A stretch of DNA of 64,000 nucleotides from an uncultured Bacteroidota bacterium (GTDB lineage: Bacteria; Bacteroidota; Bacteroidia; Flavobacteriales; Flavobacteriaceae). This document shows, piece after piece, positions 28,921 through 38,632 of the stretch (positions are counted from its first letter, which is position 1; each line of letters begins with the position of its first letter). Location of the stretch: positions 7,320 through 71,319 of the forward strand of contig CAJXTX010000004.1 in assembly GCA_913060705.1 (NCBI GenBank), written 5' to 3'. The notes below the pieces were generated by a model that saw nothing but the letters and a program-made list of their open reading frames with translations, had not been told where the DNA came from and did not search any database. Position numbers and translations under genes: made by a program.

Positions 28921-29979
28921 ATGTTTACCCTATACAATGCACAGATCGATGCGATTGCATTACATCGTGTTGGCAATAAAAGCCGTAATGAGCCCCTACA
29001 CCTTTCTAAAGACAACCTTCAATTAGATGATGAGATCAGTGTACTGTTAAAGCAATACTTCTTCTCACCCTTTAATCAGAAAGAGGTGAATTATTACTGC
29101 TTTTCTCATGAGGTAGACTTGGAGTATCACCCGGTATACCAGGCAGTACAGCGTATTTTTGAAAATCCACAAGAGCTGCACGAGCAGAGTAAAGACATTG
29201 CAGCTCACCTCTACGAGCAATCTAGGCATGCACACATCAATAACGGAGAACTCTATGTAGCCCATTTTAGTGACGTACGACTCGACAACGAAAAGATCGA
29301 TGCGATTGGAATTTTTAAGAGTGAAGTCAAACAGGACTTCTTTGAATTCAGCTGGGAGAATGAAAATCTAAATATTCACCTGCGAAGAGGAATTTCTGCG
29401 CAAAAGTTAGATAAAGGGTGTCTTATCTTCAACACACAGGCTGAAGAGGGGTATAAAGTACTCACGGTAGATCGCAATCGTTATGACGCTAAGTATTGGC
29501 CAGAGGCTTTCTTATCTATCGCTCCGCTTACCGATGAAGTCTATTTCACCAAAAACTACCTAAAGCTGTGCAAAGACTTCGCAAAAGATGTGGTTCTTGA
29601 GGCAGAAGACAAGCAACAAGAAGTGTTATTTATGAATCGCGCGATGAACCACTTCGCTTCTCGGGACACGTTCGAAGAGACTCATTTTCTCAATGATGTG
29701 ATTGAAAATCCGGCTCTAGTCCCAGAGTTCAAGCACTACAAGACTGAACGGGGTCCCAAGTACAGCATAGAAGATGTTTCGTCCTTTGGCATCGCCAATC
29801 AGGCCGTAAGTGAGGCGAGAAGAAAATTCAAAAATCAAATTCACCTCGACACAAACATTCATATCAAACTCGATTTTATAAACCCCGAATCGGCAGAGAA
29901 ATTTGTAGAGAAGGGATGGGATGAAGAGCGTCAGATGTACTATTACCTCTTGTATTTCAACAAAGAAAACAAGAGTTAA
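28921..29979 (+). CDS. NdpA/YejK-like nucleoid-associated protein (NA37 family)
   Basis: It has the IDAIALHRVGNK N-terminal signature, the family length, and YWPEAFL in the central block. Confidence 0.65.
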   Translation: MFTLYNAQIDAIALHRVGNKSRNEPLHLSKDNLQLDDEISVLLKQYFFSPFNQKEVNYYCFSHEVDLEYHPVYQAVQRIFENPQELHEQSKDIAAHLYEQSRHAHINNGELYVAHFSDVRLDNEKIDAIGIFKSEVKQDFFEFSWENENLNIHLRRGISAQKLDKGCLIFNTQAEEGYKVLTVDRNRYDAKYWPEAFLSIAPLTDEVYFTKNYLKLCKDFAKDVVLEAEDKQQEVLFMNRAMNHFASRDTFEETHFLNDVIENPALVPEFKHYKTERGPKYSIEDVSSFGIANQAVSEARRKFKNQIHLDTNIHIKLDFINPESAEKFVEKGWDEERQMYYYLLYFNKENKS

Positions 29980-31031
29980 AGCGCTGTAAGGTCTCTGTAA
30001 TTTCTAATTACAAAGAGTAAGGCGAGCTCGAGGATTACTCCCATAGAAGCCGCCGATTCAAAACGCGGATCTCCAGTAAAGTGACTAATCTGCTTTCCAA
30101 GAGATGTAACGTGTTCTGAGGTAGAGAGTACATCGGCTTTGGCCGATTCGACAAGACGGCGCAGTTGCGCTTCTGCGCCTAAGGCCCGTTTTGCTAATGA
30201 AGATCGCTCTTCGCGCTTGTACTGAAAGACGGACTCTTTTTTAAGATGCTGTTTAATCAGCTCCATCATCCCCTGGTTATCAGGGAAAAACTGAGGGCGG
30301 TAGACCTTTAAATCACCTTCGTAATTCTGCTGATCAAAATCAATTGCTCTAATCTTATGGATGACGCTGTCAAAATCGTGGACAGGAATAACCACATAGT
30401 TATAAGCGCGCATATCCCCTAAAAGACGTATCATAGAGCGCTCGTTGAATTTTACAAACTCTTTGGCGAGCTGTGCGCGTTGTCTGTCACTGCAATGAGG
30501 CAAGTATTCTTGAATAAATACATCCCCTGGAATTCCGGCTATGTGCTCTTCGATAAGCGTATCGTTAGCTACTAAAAAGTTTAAATTATAAGGCGAAAGA
30601 AGATGCTCTAATTCGAGCCCGTATATGCGTGAAGCATCACTCCTTTTGACATAGAAATAGGTGTAATTATCATTCATCACATTCCGAATCTTAATTCGAA
30701 AGGGTTTCGAATTTCCGAAGGTGCAATAATCGATGGCATCTACCGAAAGGTCTTCAAAAATAGCATCGCTTCCGTCAGAATGCAGGATAGAATAGATCAT
30801 CTTCAGTGACAAGTCGATCTCTTTTCGTTCTTCTTCAGAATAATACACACGCACCCACAAGGTATCCTCTTCATGCTGATTCAAAACGGCCACAGACCCT
30901 GTAAAGCGCATTAAATCATCGTAATGAACAGGTACTTCAGTACTCCGCTTATAGCGATCTAAATAACGTTGCAGTGTATCCGAAATCGGATAACTGGGCT
31001 TTTTGAATACCATTTGAGGCGCTTCGCTCAT
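29976..31031 (-). CDS. Conserved hypothetical protein with protein-kinase-like (APH/choline-kinase-type) motif pattern and hydrophobic C-terminal tail
   Basis: The ordered motifs are FYVKR, LELEHLL, LIEEHIAGIPG, LLGDMRAYNYVV and IRAIDFDQ. The start is trimmed to the ATG at 31031, because the track extension overlaps the uvrB promoter region. Confidence 0.6.
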   Translation of the reverse strand: MSEAPQMVFKKPSYPISDTLQRYLDRYKRSTEVPVHYDDLMRFTGSVAVLNQHEEDTLWVRVYYSEEERKEIDLSLKMIYSILHSDGSDAIFEDLSVDAIDYCTFGNSKPFRIKIRNVMNDNYTYFYVKRSDASRIYGLELEHLLSPYNLNFLVANDTLIEEHIAGIPGDVFIQEYLPHCSDRQRAQLAKEFVKFNERSMIRLLGDMRAYNYVVIPVHDFDSVIHKIRAIDFDQQNYEGDLKVYRPQFFPDNQGMMELIKQHLKKESVFQYKREERSSLAKRALGAEAQLRRLVESAKADVLSTSEHVTSLGKQISHFTGDPRFESAASMGVILELALLFVIRNYRDLTAL

Positions 31032-31091
31032 AGGCTTAAGATACTTTGTTTTATAAAAATGATTGCGACAGAGGATTGCTATTTTTACAAA

Positions 31092-33074
31092 ATGAAGTTT
31101 GAGATTCAATCTACATTTAAACCTACTGGGGATCAGCCAGAAGCTATTGCGGCACTTGCCAAAGGTATTACAGAGGGTGATCCGCATCAAACCTTGTTAG
31201 GGGTGACGGGGTCCGGAAAGACCTTTACCGTCGCGAATGTCATTGAAACTGTGCAACGCCCAACCCTTGTGCTGGCGCATAACAAAACCTTGGCTGCTCA
31301 ACTTTATGCTGAATTCAAGCAGTTCTTTCCAAACAATGCCGTCGAGTACTTTGTGTCTTATTACGATTACTACCAACCTGAAGCCTATATTCCTGCAAGC
31401 GGAACTTATATTGAAAAGGACCTAAGTATCAATGAAGACATAGAAAAACTGAGGTTAAGCACCACCTCCTCATTGCTTAGTGGTAGACGAGATGTGATCG
31501 TGGTTGCTTCTGTCTCGTGTCTCTACGGAATTGGTAATCCTATAGAATTTCAAAAAAATGTCATCCGCATACAGCGCGGGCAGGTCATTGCACGCACACA
31601 ACTCTTAAAACTTCTCGTACAATCGCTTTACGCCCGAACTACTGCAGAATTTTCGAATGGAAATTTCAGAATTAAAGGAGATGTAGTTGATGTGTTTCCG
31701 GGATACGCGGATTACGCCTTTAGGATTCATTTCTTCGGTGATGAAATCGAAGAAATTGAAGCCATAGATCCGGCCAATCAAAAGGTGATTGAACTGTATG
31801 AACAACTAACTATCTACCCGGCGAATATGTTTGTCACCTCACCAGAGGTTTTACAAAATGCAATCCACAACATACAAGAAGATCTTGTCAAGCAGGTGTC
31901 GTATTTCAATGAAATCGGAAAGCCTCTTGAAGCAAAAAGACTAGAGGAGCGCACTACGTTCGATCTAGAGATGATGCGAGAGCTCGGATATTGCTCAGGA
32001 ATTGAAAACTATTCGCGCTACCTAGATGGCAGGGCGCCGGGTACGCGTCCGTTTTGTCTTTTGGATTACTTTCCTGAAGATTACCTGATGGTGATCGATG
32101 AAAGTCACGTGACCATTCCGCAAGTACATGCCATGTATGGAGGAGACCGTTCGCGCAAAGAAAACCTGGTCGACTATGGCTTCAGACTTCCTGCCGCCTT
32201 AGACAATCGTCCCTTAAAATTTGAAGAATTCGAGGCCCTTCAAAATCAAGTGATCTATGTAAGTGCAACCCCAGCTGATTACGAAATGCAATTGTCGCAA
32301 GGGGTTTTGATCGAGCAATTGATTCGACCCACTGGGCTCTTGGATCCCATTATTGAGATTCGCCCGAGTAAAAATCAAATCGACGATCTCACTGAAGAAA
32401 TTCAGCAGAGAGCAGAAAAAGACGAGCGGATATTAGTAACAACACTTACTAAGAGAATGGCAGAAGAGCTCACTAAGTACTTGACGCGAATTGGAGTAAG
32501 ATGTCGCTACATACACAGTGACGTAGACACCCTTGAACGCGTCGAAATCATGCAAGATTTAAGGCGTGGCTTATTCGATGTGCTCATCGGTGTGAATCTG
32601 TTAAGAGAAGGGCTAGACCTACCCGAAGTATCGTTAGTTGCCATTATCGATGCCGATAAGGAGGGATTTTTAAGAAGTAACCGAAGTTTGACACAGACCG
32701 TAGGAAGGGCGGCGAGACACCTTAACGGTAAGGCGATTATGTATGCAGATACGATTACACAAAGCATGCAAGAGACCATCGATCAAACGGCCTATAGAAG
32801 AGAAAAACAAGAAGCCTATAACAAGAAGCACGGTGTCACCCCTACCGCATTGAATAAACCCCTAGACGATACGCTTAGAACACGTAAAGCTCAAAGCGAT
32901 GAAAAGGAGCTCAAACCACTGAGTGAAAAGGAAATTGCAAACCTCAGCAAGGGAGATATTGATACGCAAATTAAAAATACGCGCAAAGCAATGGAAAAGG
33001 CAGCTAAAGAGCTTGACTTTATGGAAGCTGCGCGTCTAAGAGATCACCTTAAACAGCTACAGGCACAGCACTAA
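31092..33074 (+). CDS. uvrB: Excinuclease ABC subunit B
   Basis: Motifs are KPTGDQPEAI, Walker A GVTGSGKT, DESH and the C-terminal UVR motif FMEAARLRD. The start is trimmed to MKFEIQS. Confidence 0.95.
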   Translation: MKFEIQSTFKPTGDQPEAIAALAKGITEGDPHQTLLGVTGSGKTFTVANVIETVQRPTLVLAHNKTLAAQLYAEFKQFFPNNAVEYFVSYYDYYQPEAYIPASGTYIEKDLSINEDIEKLRLSTTSSLLSGRRDVIVVASVSCLYGIGNPIEFQKNVIRIQRGQVIARTQLLKLLVQSLYARTTAEFSNGNFRIKGDVVDVFPGYADYAFRIHFFGDEIEEIEAIDPANQKVIELYEQLTIYPANMFVTSPEVLQNAIHNIQEDLVKQVSYFNEIGKPLEAKRLEERTTFDLEMMRELGYCSGIENYSRYLDGRAPGTRPFCLLDYFPEDYLMVIDESHVTIPQVHAMYGGDRSRKENLVDYGFRLPAALDNRPLKFEEFEALQNQVIYVSATPADYEMQLSQGVLIEQLIRPTGLLDPIIEIRPSKNQIDDLTEEIQQRAEKDERILVTTLTKRMAEELTKYLTRIGVRCRYIHSDVDTLERVEIMQDLRRGLFDVLIGVNLLREGLDLPEVSLVAIIDADKEGFLRSNRSLTQTVGRAARHLNGKAIMYADTITQSMQETIDQTAYRREKQEAYNKKHGVTPTALNKPLDDTLRTRKAQSDEKELKPLSEKEIANLSKGDIDTQIKNTRKAMEKAAKELDFMEAARLRDHLKQLQAQH

Positions 33075-33078
33075 AAAG

Positions 33079-34272
33079 TTAGGCTAGTACCGCCTTTACT
33101 TTGTCTGCAGCTTCTTGAAACTGTACCGCTGAATGCACTTCAAGCCCTGAATTGTCTATGATTTCTTTCGCCAATTCTGCGTTCGTTCCTTGAAGACGTA
33201 CAATGATTGGAACATTGATCTGATCGGCCATATTCTTGTAGGCGTCTACGATACCATTGGCTACGCGATCGCATCGAACGATCCCTCCAAAAATATTTAC
33301 CAAGATTGCTTTCACATTAGGATCCTTAAGGATGATACGGAATGCCTCTTCAACGCGTTTTGCATCAGCTGTACCTCCAACATCCAAGAAGTTCGCTGGC
33401 TCACCTCCGGCCATTTTAATAAGGTCCATAGTGGCCATCGCTAACCCGGCACCATTCACCATACAGCCAACATTACCGTCAAGATCAACATAATTAAGAC
33501 CTATAGCTTTGGCTTCTACCTCAACAGGATTTTCTTCACGGGTATCTCGCATCTCAGCGTAGGCCTTGCGTCGGTATAGCGCATTATCGTCTAAAGTTAC
33601 TTTAGCATCTACAGCAATCACGCGATCGTCAGAGGTCTTGAGGACTGGATTAATCTCAAAAAGACTTGAATCACTCTGCTCATAAGCCTTGTACAAAGCC
33701 GTTACAAAGCGTGTCATTTCTTTAAAGGCCTTTCCTGCTAAGCCAAGGTTGAAGGCAATATTGCGCGCTTGAAATCCAGTGAGCCCTACAGAAGGATCAA
33801 TTTCTTCTGTAAATATTAAATGGGGGGTCTTTTCTGCTACCTCCTCAATATCCATCCCTCCTTCAGTAGAGTACATGATCATATTGCGACCCGTAGCGCG
33901 ATTTAGTAGTACCGACATATAAAATTCAGACGTCTCACTAGGACCAGGATAGTACACATCTTCAGCAACTAGAACCTGGTGAACCGTTTTACCTTCTGCA
34001 GAGGTCTGCGGCGTCACCAATTGCATACCGATAATCTGATCGGAGATTGACTTCACATCGTCTAGTGACTTTGCAAGCTTCACTCCTCCGCCTTTACCGC
34101 GGCCTCCCGCGTGTACTTGGGCTTTAATCACATGCCACGAGGTACCTGTTTCTTCTGTCAATTTTTTAGCGGCGTCTACAGCTGATTCTGGAGTGTCAGC
34201 TACAATTCCTCTTTGAATATCAACGCCAAAACTGGCTAGAATTTCTTTTCCTTGGTACTCGTGTAAATTCAT
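33079..34272 (-). CDS. sucC: Succinyl-CoA synthetase beta subunit
   Basis: It has [27 protein letters not shown] and the ligase-CoA domain. The start is trimmed to the ATG at 34272. Confidence 0.95.
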   Translation of the reverse strand: MNLHEYQGKEILASFGVDIQRGIVADTPESAVDAAKKLTEETGTSWHVIKAQVHAGGRGKGGGVKLAKSLDDVKSISDQIIGMQLVTPQTSAEGKTVHQVLVAEDVYYPGPSETSEFYMSVLLNRATGRNMIMYSTEGGMDIEEVAEKTPHLIFTEEIDPSVGLTGFQARNIAFNLGLAGKAFKEMTRFVTALYKAYEQSDSSLFEINPVLKTSDDRVIAVDAKVTLDDNALYRRKAYAEMRDTREENPVEVEAKAIGLNYVDLDGNVGCMVNGAGLAMATMDLIKMAGGEPANFLDVGGTADAKRVEEAFRIILKDPNVKAILVNIFGGIVRCDRVANGIVDAYKNMADQINVPIIVRLQGTNAELAKEIIDNSGLEVHSAVQFQEAADKVKAVLA

Positions 34273-34295
34273 GATCTCGATCTTTTTACTGGGCA

Positions 34296-34303
34296 CAAAA
34301 ATA
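34296..34303 (-). promoter_or_regulatory. Candidate -7 box TATTTTTG upstream of sucC
   Basis: It is an exact match to TAnnTTTG on the minus strand, 23 nt upstream of the ATG at 34272. Confidence 0.4.
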
Positions 34304-34456
34304 GAAAAGAGGCACGAATGGACCTATTGCTTTAACGCTTTAATTAAAAGATGAAATGTTTTAAACGAAACAAAATGTGATATTCATGATAAAACTTCAC
34401 AACAATACAGGATATTCGGTTGAAGCATAGTAATTTGCATCACTTTTTTAATTGAT

Positions 34457-35692
34457 ATGAGTTCACAACTACCCTTTGAAGCCATCGCTCGTGAATACGG
34501 AGCACCGGTATACGTTTATGACGCGCATGTAATTAGCGATCAATACAACAGGCTAAAAAAGGCCTTTAGAAAGGTTGATCACCTAAAGCTTCACTATGCA
34601 GTAAAGGCGAATTCAAACCTGAGTATACTGCGTCTCATGCACCAGTTGGGCGCCGGACTAGATACGGTATCTATCGAAGAAGTTCGTTTGGGCCTGAGAG
34701 CTGGAGTAGCACCAGAAAATATCATCTACACACCCAATGGAGTTTCTATCGAAGAACTCGAGGAGGCCAGGAATCTTGGAGTGCAAATCAATATCGATAA
34801 CCTGTCGGTTTTAGAATTGTTTGGTCAGCGCTACCCTGAAACCCCTGTTTGTGTACGCATCAATCCGCATGTTATGGCAGGCGGAAATGCCAATATTTCA
34901 GTCGGTCACATCGATTCAAAGTTTGGGATCAGCATTCATCAAGTCCCACATATCTTGCGCATCGTAGAATTGACCAAAATGCGCATCAATGGGGTACATA
35001 TGCATACCGGAAGCGATATTTTGGATATCGATGTATTTCTTCATGCTTCAGAGATTTTATTTGAAGCGGCCACCCATTTTAAAGACCTCGAATTCATTGA
35101 TTTCGGAAGTGGCTTTAAGGTCCCCTACAAAAAGGACGATATCGAAACCCCTATCGAAGAGCTCGGAGAGAAACTAAGTGAGCGCTTTAACGCCTTCTGC
35201 GAAAAAATCGGAAAGCCATTGACGCTCTCTTTCGAACCTGGTAAATTCTTAGTGAGTCAGGCAGGAACCTTTGTGGCCAAAGTGAATGTGGTAAAACAAA
35301 CCACTTCGACAGTTTTCGCAGGAGTAGATTCTGGTTTTAATCACTTGATGCGTCCGATGCTCTATGGATCGTACCATCATATAGAAAACATAAGTAACCC
35401 TAAAGGAAAACCCCGTTTTTACTCGGTGGTGGGTTACATCTGTGAAACCGACACTTTCGGTAGCAATCGCCAAATTGCTGAGATTACAGAAGGCGACTTA
35501 TTGGCCTTTCATAACGCCGGAGCGTATTGCTTTTCTATGTCAAGCAACTACAACTCTAGGCTACGTCCTGCAGAGGTATTGTGGTACAATGGTGAGGCGC
35601 ATCTCATTCGTTCGAGAGAAACTTTTGAAGACCTTCTAAAAGGCCAAGTCGAGATCGACCTTACCGCAGAGGCACAAGTTACGGCTGTTTAA
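34457..35692 (+). CDS. lysA: Diaminopimelate decarboxylase
   Basis: It is a PLP-dependent Orn/DAP/Arg decarboxylase. Motifs are HYAVKAN (PLP lysine), HMHTGS and GYICETD. Confidence 0.9.
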   Translation: MSSQLPFEAIAREYGAPVYVYDAHVISDQYNRLKKAFRKVDHLKLHYAVKANSNLSILRLMHQLGAGLDTVSIEEVRLGLRAGVAPENIIYTPNGVSIEELEEARNLGVQINIDNLSVLELFGQRYPETPVCVRINPHVMAGGNANISVGHIDSKFGISIHQVPHILRIVELTKMRINGVHMHTGSDILDIDVFLHASEILFEAATHFKDLEFIDFGSGFKVPYKKDDIETPIEELGEKLSERFNAFCEKIGKPLTLSFEPGKFLVSQAGTFVAKVNVVKQTTSTVFAGVDSGFNHLMRPMLYGSYHHIENISNPKGKPRFYSVVGYICETDTFGSNRQIAEITEGDLLAFHNAGAYCFSMSSNYNSRLRPAEVLWYNGEAHLIRSRETFEDLLKGQVEIDLTAEAQVTAV

Positions 35693-35707
35693 TCGTATCT
35701 TTAGCTT

Positions 35708-36235
35708 ATGAAAAAACTCCTTGCTCTAGCTCTTTTTATAAGCTTCGGATTCTCTAGATTAAGCGCTCAAGAAGAAACCATTAATTGGTTAACTTTTGAA
35801 GAGGCAGCGGCCCTGGCAGAAGCAGGAAGCACTAAGAAGTTTTTTATCGATGTGTATACCGATTGGTGCGGATGGTGCAAAAAGATGGATAAAGAAACCT
35901 TCAACGATCCCGAAGTGCGCGCCTATATGTTAGCGAACTATCACATGGTGAAGTTTAACGGCGAGCAAGAAGAGCCCATCACCTATAAAGGGGAAACCTA
36001 TAGCCTTGTCGGATCAGGAAGAAGTGTCTATCACGAACTCGCCTACGCGCTGTTGCAGGGTAATCTGAGTTATCCGACCGTAGTGTTTATGAATGAAAAA
36101 TTTGAGGTGCTGACACCTTTAGCCGGATACTACCCCGCAGCCCCATTTTTGCAAATCGCCACTTATTTTGGAGACTCGATCTTCGAGACTATGACGTGGA
36201 AAGATTACGAGGCAACACTCGAAAGCACTAAATAA
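35708..36235 (+). CDS. Secreted thioredoxin-fold protein
   Basis: It has a signal peptide and a WCGWCK redox motif. Confidence 0.75.
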   Translation: MKKLLALALFISFGFSRLSAQEETINWLTFEEAAALAEAGSTKKFFIDVYTDWCGWCKKMDKETFNDPEVRAYMLANYHMVKFNGEQEEPITYKGETYSLVGSGRSVYHELAYALLQGNLSYPTVVFMNEKFEVLTPLAGYYPAAPFLQIATYFGDSIFETMTWKDYEATLESTK

Positions 36236-36242
36236 TTCGGTT

Positions 36243-37718
36243 TTAACGACGACTGTAGTTCGGTGCTTCTTTGGTGATGGTGACGTTGTGAGGGTGACTC
36301 TCGTTGATTCCACTAGAGGTAATCTTCACAAACTTTCCAGAATCTTTAAGCGTTTGGATATCCTTAGCCCCGCAGTATCCCATTCCGGCTCTTAGTCCGC
36401 CAATGAACTGGTGCATACTTTCATAGAGGTCTCCTTTGTAAGGTACACGTCCTACGATTCCTTCAGGAACCAATTTCTTGATATCGTCTTCTACGTCCTG
36501 AAAATAGCGGTCTTTACTCCCTTTTTCCATGGCCTCCACCGAACCCATTCCGCGATACGATTTAAACTTACGACCTTCGTAAATGATCGTCTCTCCTGGT
36601 GATTCTTTTGTTCCGGCTAACAAAGATCCGAGCATCACACAATCGGCTCCAGCGGCGATAGCCTTTGGAATGTCTCCCGTAAAGCGCACCCCCCCGTCAG
36701 CAATCACAGGAACACCAGAACCTTTTAAGGCCGCAGCAACCTCTAGCACTGCAGAGAATTGTGGAAATCCTACCCCAGCGACCACTCGAGTGGTACAAAT
36801 TGAGCCCGGTCCAATACCCACCTTTACAGCGTCAGCACCGGCTTCAACCAAATACTTGGCTGCATCAGCCGTAGCGATGTTTCCTACAACCACCTGTAAG
36901 GAAGGAAATGCTTTTTTAACTTCTTTAAGGATATGTACAACTCCTTTACTATGCCCGTGAGCTGTATCAATAACGATGGCATCCACTCCGGCAGCCACCA
37001 AGGCTTCGACACGATCAAAACTATCTGGGGTTACTCCAACTGCCGCAGCGGCCAATAAACGACCGTATTGATCCTTATTTGCTTTGGGTTTTTGGGTCAG
37101 CTTTGTAATGTCTCTAAACGTAATTAATCCCGCCAATTGAAACTGGTCATCCACTACAGGTAATTTTTCAATCTTGTGTTCTTGTAAAATCACCTCTGCC
37201 TCTGCAAGGGTAATACCCTTAGGAGCAGTTACTAGATTTGAAGCGGTCATAACTTCGGTAATCGGACGCTCATTGTTTTTTTCAAAACGCAAATCGCGAT
37301 TCGTCACAATACCCACAAGTTTCCCTCCAGCATCAACAATAGGAATACCTCCGATACTGTGTTCTTTCATACCCGCTTTCGCATCCGCTACAATAGCATC
37401 CGTTCCTAAAGTAACCGGATCTAAGATCATCCCTGATTCAGCCCGCTTTACACGTCTTACTTTCATGGCTTGCTCCTCGATGGTCATGTTTTTATGCAGC
37501 ACACCAATACCGCCTTCTCGCGCCATAGCGATAGCCATCTTCGATTCAGTAACGGTATCCATAGCTGCAGACACTATGGGAACATTGATTCTAAGGTTGC
37601 GCGTAAATTGAGTCGTGATATCGACCTCTCGCGGAAGCACTTCTGAGTAAGCGGGAACCAGTAAAACGTCGTCGTAAGTAAGGCCTTCGCCTACTATTTT
37701 TGAGAGATGTGCTTGCAT
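36243..37718 (-). CDS. guaB: IMP dehydrogenase
   Basis: It has the catalytic loop GIGPGSICTTR, an internal CBS pair and GGIGVLH. Confidence 0.95.
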   Translation of the reverse strand: MQAHLSKIVGEGLTYDDVLLVPAYSEVLPREVDITTQFTRNLRINVPIVSAAMDTVTESKMAIAMAREGGIGVLHKNMTIEEQAMKVRRVKRAESGMILDPVTLGTDAIVADAKAGMKEHSIGGIPIVDAGGKLVGIVTNRDLRFEKNNERPITEVMTASNLVTAPKGITLAEAEVILQEHKIEKLPVVDDQFQLAGLITFRDITKLTQKPKANKDQYGRLLAAAAVGVTPDSFDRVEALVAAGVDAIVIDTAHGHSKGVVHILKEVKKAFPSLQVVVGNIATADAAKYLVEAGADAVKVGIGPGSICTTRVVAGVGFPQFSAVLEVAAALKGSGVPVIADGGVRFTGDIPKAIAAGADCVMLGSLLAGTKESPGETIIYEGRKFKSYRGMGSVEAMEKGSKDRYFQDVEDDIKKLVPEGIVGRVPYKGDLYESMHQFIGGLRAGMGYCGAKDIQTLKDSGKFVKITSSGINESHPHNVTITKEAPNYSRR

Positions 37719-37744
37719 GCAATTATAGGATTAATTGCATGCAA
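37713..37744 (-). promoter_or_regulatory. Perfect 13-bp inverted repeat (TTGCATGCAATTA / TAATTGCATGCAA, 6-nt spacer) covering the guaB start codon
   Basis: I read this directly from the sequence. The guaB ATG (37716-37718, minus strand) lies inside one arm. Each arm also contains the self-complementary 10-mer TTGCATGCAA. Confidence 0.6.
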
Positions 37745-37771
37745 ATGTACTCAATTAATTCGTGCTGAGCG

Positions 37772-38632
37772 CTATAGATACGCACTAAATAGGCGCTTCG
37801 CATGGTTATATGCCACCTCAAATGAGGCGTGATTCAGATTGAATTCCTCTTTTTGAGCGGTAAGAAAGCTGATCAATTTCTCGGTAGGTATATTTCCGAC
37901 CAGTCCATCTGTGGCCATAGGACATCCACCAAAACCTTGAATAGCCCCATCAAACCGTCTGCATCCAGCTCTATAAGCCGCCTCAACATGATCCTTCCAT
38001 TGATCTGGACGCGCATGCAAATGAGCGCCAAAGACCAAACCCTCTCCACTCAACTCACTGACGGTTGAGAAAACCTGACGAATGCGCTCTGCATTGGCAC
38101 TGGCCGCAGTATCGGATAGCGAAAGCGTCCGTATCCCAATAGCTGCTAGACGCTCGACCCAATGCATCAATACCTCTAAACTCCAAACTTCTCCATAGGG
38201 GTTACCGAAACCCATAGACACATAAACGACGAGCTCCTTAGATTTTCTTTGACAGGCATTGTGAATGCGCTCTAGAACTGCAAAAGCTTCTTCACGTGAG
38301 CTATGCGTATTGCGCATCTGAAAGATCTCTGAGAGTGAAAACGGAAAACCCAGTATATCAATAGACTGGCTTTCCAAAGCGTTTTGCGCCCCTTGGTAAT
38401 TTGCTACGATGGCCAATAAGCGAGTTGTTGAAACAGAACGGTCTAAACCTTCTAGTACCTGTTTTGTATCTGCCATTTGAGGCACAGCTTTAGGAGAAAC
38501 GAAGCTTCCAAAATCCAAATAATCAAAATTACAGGAGAGCAATTGCTGTAGGTAAGCGATTTTTACATGCGTTGGAATCAACGTCTTGATCCCTTGCATC
38601 GCATCACGCGGACATTCAACTAGACTGACCAT
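37772..38632 (-). CDS. Hydroxymethylglutaryl-CoA lyase-like (HMGL family) enzyme
   Basis: Motifs are [10 protein letters not shown] (the EVGPRDGLQ type), HLHARPD and GGCPMA. It overlaps the pyrD stop by 17 nt. Confidence 0.8.
   Translation of the reverse strand: MVSLVECPRDAMQGIKTLIPTHVKIAYLQQLLSCNFDYLDFGSFVSPKAVPQMADTKQVLEGLDRSVSTTRLLAIVANYQGAQNALESQSIDILGFPFSLSEIFQMRNTHSSREEAFAVLERIHNACQRKSKELVVYVSMGFGNPYGEVWSLEVLMHWVERLAAIGIRTLSLSDTAASANAERIRQVFSTVSELSGEGLVFGAHLHARPDQWKDHVEAAYRAGCRRFDGAIQGFGGCPMATDGLVGNIPTEKLISFLTAQKEEFNLNHASFEVAYNHAKRLFSAYL

Noticed and set aside
30969-31190. Long N-terminal extensions in the ORF track, here for uvrB and the kinase-like gene, and similarly for pyrG, sucC, ilvE, the ABC exporter, the response regulator and DUF1684
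   Set aside because: The extensions lack homology to the respective families, would make divergent genes overlap, and in several cases contain promoter-like boxes. I used the internal ATG codons that match the conserved family N-termini instead.
34297-34456. Possible lysine riboswitch in the 160-nt leader of lysA, because an AGAGGCAC string resembles the start of the L-box
   Set aside because: The rest of the region is AT-rich. It lacks the conserved L-box helices and core strings (for example the GGGGAGC...GCCGAAG block) and is too short for five helices. A covariance-model scan would settle it.
36583-37611. 125-aa and 145-aa ORFs antisense to guaB
   Set aside because: Both are nested in the guaB coding region, and their A/S/T/P-rich translations are characteristic of the reverse frame of a codon-biased gene. 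They have no independent support.
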